From: Wickerhamiella versatilis
Lineage: Eukaryota
Direction of reading: 5' to 3'
NCBI GenBank assembly: GCA_030867685.1
Contig: JAQOWU010000008.1
Location: 3,100,001-3,164,000, forward strand
DNA: 64,000 bases
The notes beneath the pieces are model-generated. The model searched no databases and was not told the DNA's origin. It saw only the letters and a program-made list of their open reading frames with translations. Below, piece after piece: positions 11,889 through 22,041 of this stretch. Every line of letters starts with the position of its first letter. Positions within the stretch are counted from its first letter, which is position 1. A program made the position numbers and the translations under genes.

Positions 11889-13319
11889 TTATTGTATCTC
11901 TTTGAGGTTTGAATTTAGCTCTCTCAGAAGCGGCAATACAGTAGAACTAGCGGGGCCTACCAGCAAAACCCAGGAGACAACCATCCCGACAGGCACAAAG
12001 AAATAAACTGAAGCCCAAACCTTCATACTGGGTATGAGATCCAATAAGACAAATGGCTGTACCGCAAATGCGAAAGCCGTTTGTGTTACAACCCAAGAGA
12101 TTATATCGTAAGGTAGCTTAAACGAGGTACCCAAAACCACTGGACGAATACATTTTCGGTATATTTTGCCAAACATTTGGAGGAATGCAGCTAGGATAAA
12201 GGTAAGGTAATAACCTGGCCGTGTGCCATGCCATAACGCACTTACAAGAAACGTGAGGGTCGTAGCAAACGACCCGGGCTTTTTGCCCTTCGGTGTCACT
12301 CGCAAGTAGACATAATGGCGGAGCCATTTCGAAGTGTTGATATTCCAAGCTCCTATCAGACCATGCGTATTCTGCGCTATTTCGACACTTAAGGCACGAA
12401 CATTGGAAACCCGGTCCCATTTCAATTTCCCATCTTTGGTCATGCCATTGTATCCAAGTCCTGACTGGATGCACGCTGCCTCAGATATGCACCAAGCGGC
12501 GTAATACCGAGTTCTATAGGAAATAGAAAGCGCCCAGAGATAGGCAACCCTGGCTGCCCAGGAGAAGTTCACATAAGGCGGAACTTCATAAAACTCAGGA
12601 GTTATAAGCTTCGAAGATTGGATATAGAGGAAAGCCCAAATAGCGCCTTCGCCTAACTTGAGCCAAGTAGCGCTCAGTGACCGAGGATAACCACCCATGG
12701 TCATGTGATGTGCAGGCACTCCCGAGTAAAGCTTGACCTCTACCCAATCACTATACTCTTTGAAGCCACAAGAAGGTCCAGTAAGTACTGCCGGAAAATA
12801 AAAAGCCCAACTCAGCAATCGCAATATACCAGGTTTTTGAGTGACTCGAGATTGCAACAGAGCTGGCGGTAATTCTTTTGCAGGCCGCGTACCATCGTAA
12901 ATATCCCATCCGAGAGACGTCAATTTGATGACGAGAATCATCTGGGTGCCTGAGATCCCAATGGTATCAACGAAATCACCCCCGCTGAATTGTTCGCGAC
13001 AGTGCGTCACGAACAGAATCGCCATCTGCAACAAGAAGTTAAGCCACGGCATAAACCATCTATTACTCCATTTTGTAACAAGGAAATAAGTTAAGAAAAT
13101 GGCGAAAAATAACTGGCAGGTCTCCTTCAGCAAGTCAAATATTCCCACGAGGAACCACAGACCGGTCAAAAAAATCATTAGATCCTTTGCCACCGTCGCA
13201 TTGCTAGGAAACCGCTTCAGAAGCGCACATAATGGAAAGCTAAGCAGCAGACATGTTGCAATGCGCACTATATCGGGTGGTAATCCCAATTCAGTCGCGA
13301 CCACGTTGAGAATCGTCAT
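11889..13319 (-). CDS. ALE1: MBOAT lysophospholipid acyltransferase
   Basis: Multi-TM protein; WNINTSKWLRHYVYLR, VSALWHGTRPGYY (catalytic His), YYAAWCISEAAC. Confidence 0.93.
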   Translation of the reverse strand: MTILNVVATELGLPPDIVRIATCLLLSFPLCALLKRFPSNATVAKDLMIFLTGLWFLVGIFDLLKETCQLFFAIFLTYFLVTKWSNRWFMPWLNFLLQMAILFVTHCREQFSGGDFVDTIGISGTQMILVIKLTSLGWDIYDGTRPAKELPPALLQSRVTQKPGILRLLSWAFYFPAVLTGPSCGFKEYSDWVEVKLYSGVPAHHMTMGGYPRSLSATWLKLGEGAIWAFLYIQSSKLITPEFYEVPPYVNFSWAARVAYLWALSISYRTRYYAAWCISEAACIQSGLGYNGMTKDGKLKWDRVSNVRALSVEIAQNTHGLIGAWNINTSKWLRHYVYLRVTPKGKKPGSFATTLTFLVSALWHGTRPGYYLTFILAAFLQMFGKIYRKCIRPVVLGTSFKLPYDIISWVVTQTAFAFAVQPFVLLDLIPSMKVWASVYFFVPVGMVVSWVLLVGPASSTVLPLLRELNSNLKEIQ

Positions 13320-13680
13320 TAGGGCTAGGTCATATCTTTCTGTCGATTTAAGGAAATTTAAGAATGTGCTACACTATGCACTAACCCGAGACCCAACCTC
13401 CCTGAACGCTTTGTAGCTACTTGATTTATAAAAAACACAGGTCTTCGAGTCAGAAAGTGCAATAGCACTTATGCCGACTGGGGAGTTAACCTATGTGCTT
13501 CTTCTTGTTCACAGCTCTGTGTACCTCAACTTACTAGGCTCCACTTAATCAGTACAGCAGCCCCTTCCAGCCTTGCCAATGGTCCATTTCTTGGTCACTG
13601 GGTTGTTGAATTAATACTTCTTGAGGTACTGGAGTCATATCGACCCTAACCACAGATCCATTCTTGCTCAGCCGGTTGAA

Positions 13681-14760
13681 ATGCTCTCGCGGGTGTGTCT
13701 TCGTGCTGCGAGTACCGCTTCAAGGGGACCCTCGGGGGTGCTCCTTATGAACATGGGTGGACCATCAGTTGTTAGTGAGACATACGACTTCCTGTATCGC
13801 TTGTTCAGTGATAAAGATTTGATCCCGCTAGGTCCATTTCAACAATACACAGCCAAGTTTATCGCTACTCGAAGGTATAAAACAATCGAAGAGCATTATA
13901 ACGAGATCGGAGGTGGATCCCCGATTCGGAGATTTAGTGAAGCTCAGGCTAAGGCCATGTGCGAGTTGTTGGACAAACAACACCCCGAGACAGCACCTCA
14001 TCTCCCCTATGTGGCTTTTCGTTATGCAAGGCCCTTGACCGAGGAAACGTTGGCTCAGATGCTGAAAGACGGAGTCCAGCGTGCCGTGGCGTTTTCGCAA
14101 TATCCCCAGTACTCGTTCAGCACCACTCAGTCAAGCGTCAAGGAGCTGAAAAAATTTGCAGCTCAGATGGATCCTGAAGAATCAATTAAGTGGTCTTGGC
14201 TATTACGATGGCCCACTCATCCAGGATTTATCAGTACTGTTGCCCGGCATGTTCGAGATGCTCTATCCAAGTTCCCCGAGGAGACTCGTTCAGAAGTCAC
14301 GGTGCTATTCAGCGCTCATTCGCTTCCCATGACAGTAGTGAACCGCGGAGATCCTTACGTTGCTGAGGTTGCTGCCTCTTCGTACGCAGTGATGCAGAAG
14401 CTTGGGTTCAGTAATCCTTACAGGGTGGTTTGGCAATCCCAGGTTGGGCCACAGCCTTGGCTTGGTGCTCAAACCGTTACGGCGATCAAGACTTTGGAAA
14501 AACAGGAAGACTATCATGGTGTAGTCGTCGTGCCAATAGCATTTACTTCAGATCATATTGAGACTCTGCATGAGATTGATATTGAGATGAAGGAAGAAAT
14601 TAAACATCCTGATCTGCTTGTTCGGGCTGAATCACTCAATGAGGATCCGGAGTTCCTGCAGGCAATGGCTGACATGGTCATCGAGCATCTCGATGGCAAC
14701 AGGGAAGCTGAAATCAAGTCTGGTGTAGCTATTCGACCCTCGTTCGCGAAGTTGAAGTAA
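13681..14760 (+). CDS. HEM15: Ferrochelatase, mitochondrial
   Basis: LMNMGGP, IGGGSP, FSAHSLP, WQSQVGPQPWLG, FTSDHIETLHEID; presequence MLSRVCLRAASTASR from ATG 13681. Confidence 0.96.
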   Translation: MLSRVCLRAASTASRGPSGVLLMNMGGPSVVSETYDFLYRLFSDKDLIPLGPFQQYTAKFIATRRYKTIEEHYNEIGGGSPIRRFSEAQAKAMCELLDKQHPETAPHLPYVAFRYARPLTEETLAQMLKDGVQRAVAFSQYPQYSFSTTQSSVKELKKFAAQMDPEESIKWSWLLRWPTHPGFISTVARHVRDALSKFPEETRSEVTVLFSAHSLPMTVVNRGDPYVAEVAASSYAVMQKLGFSNPYRVVWQSQVGPQPWLGAQTVTAIKTLEKQEDYHGVVVVPIAFTSDHIETLHEIDIEMKEEIKHPDLLVRAESLNEDPEFLQAMADMVIEHLDGNREAEIKSGVAIRPSFAKLK

Positions 14761-14805
14761 AACCAGGTTTGACTTGACTCCCGAGCTAATCACTAGAGCA
14801 ATCTA

Positions 14806-14903
14806 GATAAAATCAATCCACATATGATAATTACGAAATCCTGCGTGCCGCGGTCCTTCCTGAGAAAATCCCTTTTCCCAGTAGGTTATCTGCGAAGCTT
14901 ATC
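14806..14903. promoter_or_regulatory. Cluster of four GATAA/TTATC sites upstream of the NCS1 permease
   Basis: GATAA at about 14806 and 14826, TTATC at 14886, CTTATC at 14898. These could be GATA-factor (nitrogen/iron) sites; the region is also the HEM15 3' flank. Confidence 0.35.
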
Positions 14904-15353
14904 TGTGATTTGTCATATATATCCGTTTTCGGGAAGGACCTGTAGAGACCATAAAACCAGTTGCCTTGATGAAAGTAAGCTGATACCAACTGGTATAATC
15001 CCCTTCGCATCATAACGTGGTGCTCAAGGAAATTTGTCGATGGCCCACTGGCATCTATCCAGATTTAAAAAAAATTTTAAAACAAGGGTATTTGTCAATA
15101 ACCCTTGCCTTCTCTGTAATACGACATGTTACTTTCCACCAAGACGTATATTCAGACTAATACACAGTAAATTTGAATAAAACTTCATTTTCATGGGCAT
15201 TGGCAACTAGAACACTTAATTTCATCAAGTTGTATCTGTACATTACTCTTAAATATCAGCCGGTAACAAAGACCTACCCTTGCCTTGTTCCCAACTAGAA
15301 AAGATATGGAAGAGAACATATTAGTAGCTCTCGCTGCACATATCAGGTGAGAG

Positions 15354-17201
15354 ATGGGTTTTCTAAAATTTGGTTCCTCAGAAAAATCAGTGGAAAGTGA
15401 TCCTGAAACAGGGCTAGATAAAAGTGAAGGGCTGGTAACAAAAGCAGATTATCTACGAGATGACCCACGTCGTACTAGTAACAACCCATGGTATAGGTTG
15501 AATTACTGGATGGATTGGTTGAATGGTGAGACTCGCAGTGTGGATCGTGTTCCGGAAGATGAGCGGTTTGATGATTCGTACTGGAACTCAGCATCGATGT
15601 GGCTTGGGGCTAATCTGGTGCTTCCGGCTTACTCGCTTGGTATGCTGGGATCTACCACTTTTGGCCTTACATTCTGGGATTCTACACTTGTTATTATTTT
15701 CTTCTCACTCCTGGGTGCGCTTCCGGTAGCATCATTGAGTCTCCTCGGGCCGCCAACTGGTCTTCGTCAGATGAAGCTCACGTCATACATCTTTGGCTAC
15801 TATGGGAGTTGTATTTGCGCGCTTCTAAACTGTGTGACTTGCGTTGGGTGGTCTGCAGTCAATGTAATGGCAGCTGTCAATACGCTGAAGTTAGTGAACA
15901 CGGTTTACGACCAAAGCTCTATTCAAGAAAGCGGATGTGACGTGAACAATGACCCTAACAAAGCACATTGCTACACTTTTCATGGCAATGATAATCTTCC
16001 AGGCTGGGGTGGAATCATTGTCATTAATATTGCTTCTATGCTCATCGCCATTTTTGGCTACCGGATCGTCCATGCCTATAATAGGTGGGCGTGGCTCCCC
16101 AACTTTGCAGTATTGATTGTTATTGCAAGTCGTTTAGGTATGTCAAAAGATTTTACATTCTCTCATCTTGGTAAACAATTTGTAGAAGATGACGGCCTCT
16201 TCCATTCTGTACCCACAGCTGTAGAGGCATCGAAGGTTCTGAGTTTTGGATCCACGATTTACGGGTTTGCGGCTGGTTGGGGGCCATATGCTTCTGACTA
16301 TACCTGTTATAAACCAAAAAATTCCAGCCGGTCAATTGGTTTCCTATGGATTTGGATTATTGAATCACTTGCTTGTATTATCCCTTTCATACTAGGCGCG
16401 GCTAGTGTGTCAATGGTTGGTCAAAATGTCCCCAGCTCCCAAACGTATGAGGATGCTTATAATGCTGGAGGTCCCGGTGGCGTCTTATATATAATCCTCA
16501 TAAAAGACTCCCTTCATGGATTTGGCCAGTTTTGTATGGTGCTATTCCCGCTTTCGGTTATTGCCAACAACATACCCAATCTCTATACATTCACGTTCTC
16601 AGCACAAGCAGTGCTTCCATGGTTCAAATATGTGCCAAGCTGGTGTTGGACCGTATTGTGCACAGGTATTTCATTCGCGATTGCTGAGCCTGGTTACGAT
16701 CATTTTACTACGTTTATGACAAACTTCATGGACGCCATTGCCTATTGGGTTTCTTTCTATTATGGCGTGTGTCTCGCAGAGATGCTTTTATTCCGACGGT
16801 CATTTTTCAATTTCAATCTGGATATCTATGACGACTGGAAACGTATGCCCATCTCCATTGCTGGGATATTCGGAGGACTAATGGGTGTTCTTGGCACAGG
16901 AGTTGGAATGTCTCAGACTTATTATGTCTCGCCGATTGCAAGCCTTGTTGGCGTCAACCCTACGTTAGAGGGTTTTGGTGCCGACCTTGGGTTCGAGCTA
17001 TCCTTTGGCTTTGGATTTGTAGGAACCGCAATTCTGCGTTGGATCGAGATCATTGTTCTACCTGATGATTCTTACATTAAACCATTCGATGGTATCTGGT
17101 GGTATGAATTGGGGAAGAAGATATTACCAAAGAAACTCGTTGCTCATGGGGAGCAGAAAAGGATGGAGCTTGCTTCCACCGCATCCGATGAGCCTAAATA
17201 A
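15354..17201 (+). CDS. Purine-cytosine permease family (NCS1, Fcy2/Tpn1-like) transporter
   Basis: ETRSVDRVPEDER, GPPTGLRQM, CVGWSAVN, GFAAGWGPYASDY, ANNIPNLY, GMSQTYYVSPIA, GADLGFEL; about 12 TM segments. Confidence 0.9.
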   Translation: MGFLKFGSSEKSVESDPETGLDKSEGLVTKADYLRDDPRRTSNNPWYRLNYWMDWLNGETRSVDRVPEDERFDDSYWNSASMWLGANLVLPAYSLGMLGSTTFGLTFWDSTLVIIFFSLLGALPVASLSLLGPPTGLRQMKLTSYIFGYYGSCICALLNCVTCVGWSAVNVMAAVNTLKLVNTVYDQSSIQESGCDVNNDPNKAHCYTFHGNDNLPGWGGIIVINIASMLIAIFGYRIVHAYNRWAWLPNFAVLIVIASRLGMSKDFTFSHLGKQFVEDDGLFHSVPTAVEASKVLSFGSTIYGFAAGWGPYASDYTCYKPKNSSRSIGFLWIWIIESLACIIPFILGAASVSMVGQNVPSSQTYEDAYNAGGPGGVLYIILIKDSLHGFGQFCMVLFPLSVIANNIPNLYTFTFSAQAVLPWFKYVPSWCWTVLCTGISFAIAEPGYDHFTTFMTNFMDAIAYWVSFYYGVCLAEMLLFRRSFFNFNLDIYDDWKRMPISIAGIFGGLMGVLGTGVGMSQTYYVSPIASLVGVNPTLEGFGADLGFELSFGFGFVGTAILRWIEIIVLPDDSYIKPFDGIWWYELGKKILPKKLVAHGEQKRMELASTASDEPK

Positions 17202-17370
17202 TTAATTTGAGGAAAAACAACCACTTTATTATAATTTGATTCTGGTGCGCAAACTAGTAGCTACATGGCTAAATTTTTATCAAAAGCATTTCATAGTTGC
17301 AGAATTAAGATCCCTTGCTAATCTACCATAAAATTGTGTAATGCTACGGCGAATAAATCTAATATTTAAT

Positions 17371-18162
17371 TCAATTCTTATAAGAAGAATCACAGTACTC
17401 TTCATATTCCAAGTCAGGTAGAAATTCGAAGTACATCAAATCCGGATAGAACTGAGCATCTTTCGTGTATTGGGCTTCTTGATGGGGGATTAGCTTCTTA
17501 GGGAATTTCGAAGAATCTGCAAGAAGTTGGACCTCACAAGTTTGCTCAAGAAGCGTGAAAAGAGAAGCTGCCTCGCCAACCGTACGCCCACAGGTTAGTA
17601 GCCCATGATTTTGCAAGATCACAGCAGCATTATCACCAAGTGCTCGGGCAATATGCTCTCCCTCCTCACCATTCAGCACGATGCCTCCAAAGCTGCTGTA
17701 CACAGAGTGGTTATTATAAAAGATACATGCATCTTGATTCAGCATTTCTACTGGCTTGCCAAAGGTCGAATATGCTTTACCATAAGTGGAATGTGTATGG
17801 CAAGCTGCAATTACGTCTGGACGGGCGGCATGAACATGCGAATGGATCATGAATCCAGCCTTGTTGACTGGCAGCATACTGCCGCCAACAACGTCACCGT
17901 CATGGTTTACAAGAACCATATCGCTGGCCTTGAGTGTACCAAAGTGGCGGCCAACAGGATTGAGCCAAAACTTGGTAGGATCCTCTGGATCCCTCACACT
18001 GATGTGGCCAGCAGAGCCAACGCAATACCCCTTACGCGCGAAAACACGGAAAGCACCCGCCATATGCTCCAGCAACCATTTGCGATGCTCAGAGATACTA
18101 TTGAACTTGGGGATAGTCGTGGGAACTGGGAATAAATCTTTCGATTCCGTCTGGGTCACCAT
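17371..18162 (-). CDS. Class II aldolase/adducin-family metalloprotein (fungal mug14-like)
   Basis: AGHISVRDP, FWLNP, NKAGFMIHSHVHAARPD, metal ligands CHTHS and LQNHGLLT. Confidence 0.9.
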   Translation of the reverse strand: MVTQTESKDLFPVPTTIPKFNSISEHRKWLLEHMAGAFRVFARKGYCVGSAGHISVRDPEDPTKFWLNPVGRHFGTLKASDMVLVNHDGDVVGGSMLPVNKAGFMIHSHVHAARPDVIAACHTHSTYGKAYSTFGKPVEMLNQDACIFYNNHSVYSSFGGIVLNGEEGEHIARALGDNAAVILQNHGLLTCGRTVGEAASLFTLLEQTCEVQLLADSSKFPKKLIPHQEAQYTKDAQFYPDLMYFEFLPDLEYEEYCDSSYKN

Positions 18163-18168
18163 CGTCTT

Positions 18169-18307
18169 GATAACGCTGAATAAGGGTGATGTGGGAAATG
18201 GTGGTAATATAGCCCTCCCCCACCTTGCCCTAAATCTTTAGCCGCTTGCCGCTTGCCGTCGATAACCGCTATCTGATAATTTCATAGAAAAATAGGTGGA
18301 ATGATAA
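18169..18307. promoter_or_regulatory. Cluster of four GATAA sites upstream of the class II aldolase, one in ATCTGATAA context
   Basis: GATAA at 18169, 18261, 18275 and 18303; ATCTGATAA at 18271-18279. Confidence 0.4.
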
Positions 18308-18965
18308 AGGTGATGTTAGAGATATCTTCTAGCGAATCTACTGGGATTCTATCTAGGTAGCACTCTCTATAGAGAAGCCATAGGTTTGCCTGGGCACAAA
18401 ATAACAATATCATCGTGAATCCTGAAATCACGCCTAGTTTTACCAATTCGGTATCGAATATGCAGATAGATACATTTTCAAGAACTGGATTAGAATGGTG
18501 CTAGCAAACCTGTCTAGCATTTTTGAGTTGCAAGAATACTGGTAAGAAACACTTGGCAGATCATTCATGTCAATTCAGCATAGCTCTAATCAAAAAGAAC
18601 ATTTTTACAACATCGATTAGACTGGTTTCATGCAACTATTCAGAGGCTCTACCCCCTAAGCTGAGAATTACCGCGAAGGTAGAGTCGGTAAGGAATTTAG
18701 AGAAAGTTAAGGCACAGTTCAACTGATGAAACTTCTCTTACAACTCTTGTTGATTGAAAAGTTCTTGCTAATTGTTTGGAACTGAATACTCGTTAACAGA
18801 GTGTAAGCAATGCTATCGCATGCACTGACGCTTTCAGCAAGACTTGCTGTAAAAAATAAAAAAAGGCTATTTGTTTTAATCTCTTGGCAGTATTGAATGG
18901 CATACCGTAAATAACTACCGTCTCTTTATTTTCACCGGTGCTTCACCCAACATTCAGCCGCTGAC

Positions 18966-20183
18966 ATGAGAGTGGTTGTCACGGGAATAGGCGTTGTGAG
19001 CCCGCTTGGAATCGGTATTCGAGAGGCATGGACTGCACTCCTTCGCAAAGATGTGGGTATTGTACATTTGGGTGAAGACTACAAGGAGCTCCCTAGCCAA
19101 GTCGGTGGGAGAGTCAAAGGATGGGAACCTGCCAAGTTTATAGATAAAAAGGAGCTGCGACGTATGCCGCTCTTTGCCCAGTACGCACTAGCAGCTTCAA
19201 AACTTGCTTTGGATGATGCTTCTTATGTGCCAAAAGACGATAATGCTTTAAGGCGGACGGGCGTCGCTATTGGTTCGGGGATAGGTGGTTTCGATGCAGC
19301 CTACGAAAATTCCGTCAATTACTTTAATGGTGGCTATAGAAAGGTGCAGCCGCTATTTGTACCCAACCTTCTTTCAAATATGGCTGCCGGTCACGTATCA
19401 ATCGCAACTGGCTTTCGAGGACCGAATCACTCGGTCGCAACGGCATGTACAACAGGTGCCCATGCGATTGGCGATGCATACCATTTTATCAAGCTAGGGA
19501 AGGCTGATGTTATGCTTGCAGGTTCCACAGAGGCTGCGATCCACCCGTTGTCTGTCGCAGGATTTGCTCGAGCCCGGAGCCTTGCAACCAAGTACAACGA
19601 CCAGCCACACCTTGCTTCCCGTCCATTTGACCAGTCAAGAGATGGTTTTGTGATCGGTGAAGGATCTGCGGTGCTCCTTCTAGAATCAGAGGAGCATGCA
19701 AAGAAGAGAGGAGCTGAGATATACGCGACCGTGGACGGTTATGGCCTGTCTGGCGACGCAAACCACATTACAGCACCTCACCCGGAAGGCCGTGGTGCCT
19801 ACGAATGCATGGAAGCAGCTCTGAGCGACTCACCAAATGCCCAGGTGAGATACGTCAATGCACATGCTACATCCACGCCTCTAGGTGATGCTATTGAGGC
19901 TTCGGCAATTCACAGATTGTTTGGAGATAAAACTGCCGTCTCGTCCACAAAAGGAGCAACTGGCCACCTACTAGGAGCCGCAGGTTCCTTGGAGGCTGCC
20001 TTTACTATCATGGCCCTCAAGTCCCAAACCCTCCCACCTAGTGTTAATCTCGTGGAACCAGACGAGAATTGCAAATGCTGTAACTTCGTGACAGAGGCTT
20101 CGGATGCAGACATTCCCCAGGCCCTTTCGAATAGCTTCGGATTTGGAGGAACTAATGCATCATTACTATTTGGCAGGGCTTAA
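18966..20183 (+). CDS. CEM1: Mitochondrial beta-ketoacyl-ACP synthase (FabF-type)
   Basis: RVVVTGIGVVSPLG, TACTTGAHAIG (catalytic Cys), NAHATSTPLGD, STKGATGHLLGAAG, NSFGFGGTN. Confidence 0.95.
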   Translation: MRVVVTGIGVVSPLGIGIREAWTALLRKDVGIVHLGEDYKELPSQVGGRVKGWEPAKFIDKKELRRMPLFAQYALAASKLALDDASYVPKDDNALRRTGVAIGSGIGGFDAAYENSVNYFNGGYRKVQPLFVPNLLSNMAAGHVSIATGFRGPNHSVATACTTGAHAIGDAYHFIKLGKADVMLAGSTEAAIHPLSVAGFARARSLATKYNDQPHLASRPFDQSRDGFVIGEGSAVLLLESEEHAKKRGAEIYATVDGYGLSGDANHITAPHPEGRGAYECMEAALSDSPNAQVRYVNAHATSTPLGDAIEASAIHRLFGDKTAVSSTKGATGHLLGAAGSLEAAFTIMALKSQTLPPSVNLVEPDENCKCCNFVTEASDADIPQALSNSFGFGGTNASLLFGRA

Positions 20184-20331
20184 AAAATTACTGTTGTCAT
20201 ATGGCGTGTACATAGGTTTTATTCGCTACTTCTTAAACACTTCGCAATGCTTAACCACAGACTGGTGACTGGACGCCATGCCCTCACCAGCAAGTTACCA
20301 GCAAGTTAACGTAATCAAATACCTTACGCGG

Positions 20332-20727
20332 ATGGCAGACCAGCCTGAGGAAGAAAAACCAACTGAGCGAGTCATCAAGACACAGTTCCCAGTCGTAAGT
20401 ATATAGGCTTCAGAGATACAATTATTGAACGCGAGATACTAACCGAAGGCCCGTATCAAGCGACTTATGCAAAGCGACGACGATATTGGCAAGGTTGCAC
20501 AAGCAACGCCGGTAGTCGTCGCCAAGGCCCTTGAGCTGTTTATGATTCAATTAGTCGACGAGGCTTGTAAGCGTGCACGCGACAAACAGGCAAAACGGGT
20601 TTCGTTGGCCCACCTTTATTCAGCTGTCATGGATGTCGAGCAATTTGACTTTCTACGAGATGTGATGGAGAAATATGAGGCCCAAGTAACGGAGCCAAAA
20701 AAGCGTGGAAAAGGATCTAATGAGTAA
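20332..20727 (+). CDS. BUR6: NC2 alpha (DRAP1) histone-fold repressor; exons 20332-20394 and 20449-20727
   Basis: Splicing restores the conserved IKTQFPV|ARIKRLMQSDDDIGKVAQATPVVVAKALELFM; the ORF track shows only part of exon 2. Confidence 0.92.
20395..20448 (+). other. Spliceosomal intron (54 nt) in BUR6
   Basis: Donor GTAAGT at 20395, branch point TACTAAC at 20437-20443, acceptor AAG ending at 20448; removal gives an in-frame conserved junction. Confidence 0.9.
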
Positions 20728-20954
20728 CTAGAAATGCGGGACCGTGACTAATGTATGTGGTCCCTTTAATCGAAATGATTTTCGTTCATGTATTGCTGCA
20801 TGATTATTGCTATTTAGAGAGAAATTGAGACTGTGTATACCTATACTGTCTACCAAATGGAGGTTTGACCTAAAAATATTCGAAACTTCTCCCTCTTCAT
20901 AAGCAGTTTTTTTTATTCTTGTCGGCCGATGTTCGGGTAATTATACATGTACAC

Positions 20955-21833
20955 ATGTACCATGCCAGAAGAATCTTCACCCTAGCAATCTCAAAGTCAG
21001 CTTGCCCAAAGGCCTCTTTGGATTGTTTAGGTGCCTACTCGGGAGATGACGCTATTCTTCATTCAACGTGGATAGCCCCCGGCCCGCTTCAGGGTGTAGC
21101 CATAGCCGGTGTTGCAGATGGTGTGGCTGGATGGCGACAATATGGTATAGACCCGGGAAAATTAAGCAGAGCCCTCTGCAGAAGTATAGCGGCTGAGTTC
21201 CGGTCAGGGGAGGACTCGAAAATGATGGAGCCTCCCACGCCGATCAATCTTGTCCGCAACGCATTTTCAGCTCTAAAAAGACGTCCTGATCAGTACGCCG
21301 GAGGCTCCACCCTTTGTTTCGGTGTATTCAATTCTTCCACCGGTACTATAAAATTGCTTAATATAGGTGATTCTGGCTGGCTAATTTTGCGGAATAATAG
21401 CATCTACGCCCAGTCCACGCCGAGCCGCAGCGGCAAAGCACCCTGCCAGCTTGCCATTGTTCCGCACACATTCCCACATAAAAACGATTTGTGTTCCAAT
21501 CATGAATATTTCAACCCAATTTGGGTGCAGAGCAGCGTGGAAGATTTGGTAACACAAGAATTTGAGCTGCGGAATGGTGACAAAATCGTATTTGGGACAG
21601 ATGGGTTATTTGATAACGTTTATCCAAATAAACTAGCTGATCTCGTGTGTCATTGCGCTTCTGCTGAGCGTATTCTTAGGGAAGCCTACACTAATTCACT
21701 TGATCCTAATTATGCATCTCCGTTGGCCATTCGGAATTTTGAGGAGGGAAATGTTAGTCTATCGGGGGGGAAGCCAGATGATATCGCAGTGGTTGTAGCA
21801 AATGTCAAAGAAATAACCCTAGATTCTGGTTAG
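20955..21833 (+). CDS. PTC7: PP2C-type protein phosphatase, Ptc7 family
   Basis: GDDA, GVADGVAGW, NIGDSG, GTDGLFDN, GGKPDDI; first ATG at 20955. May be a divergent paralog rather than the ortholog. Confidence 0.8.
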   Translation: MYHARRIFTLAISKSACPKASLDCLGAYSGDDAILHSTWIAPGPLQGVAIAGVADGVAGWRQYGIDPGKLSRALCRSIAAEFRSGEDSKMMEPPTPINLVRNAFSALKRRPDQYAGGSTLCFGVFNSSTGTIKLLNIGDSGWLILRNNSIYAQSTPSRSGKAPCQLAIVPHTFPHKNDLCSNHEYFNPIWVQSSVEDLVTQEFELRNGDKIVFGTDGLFDNVYPNKLADLVCHCASAERILREAYTNSLDPNYASPLAIRNFEEGNVSLSGGKPDDIAVVVANVKEITLDSG

Positions 21834-22041
21834 CGTATGTTATCTGCATTAAGGAGGTTTTGGGTCATGTTACACTGTGACTCACGTTTGGTCATCTTAG
21901 TTATTTTTGAAAATGGTTTTTTTTGGTTAGTTAACGAAAAAAATTTCTTCACCTACCCTCTAGAGGACTTAGGATATCGATTTATTTTTATCTATAATTA
22001 GTCTATTAGGATCAGTCCCACTACCTTAGTCACTCACCAGC

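Noticed and set aside
14746-14760. Hem15 C-terminus ...AKLK resembling a PTS1
   Set aside because: The terminal tripeptide is KLK, not a PTS1, and the protein has a mitochondrial presequence.
15354-20183. Possible bacterial horizontal transfer of the aldolase, permease or FabF-like gene
   Set aside because: Motifs match the fungal subfamilies (Fcy-type, mug14-like, Cem1), and there is no operon-like co-orientation.
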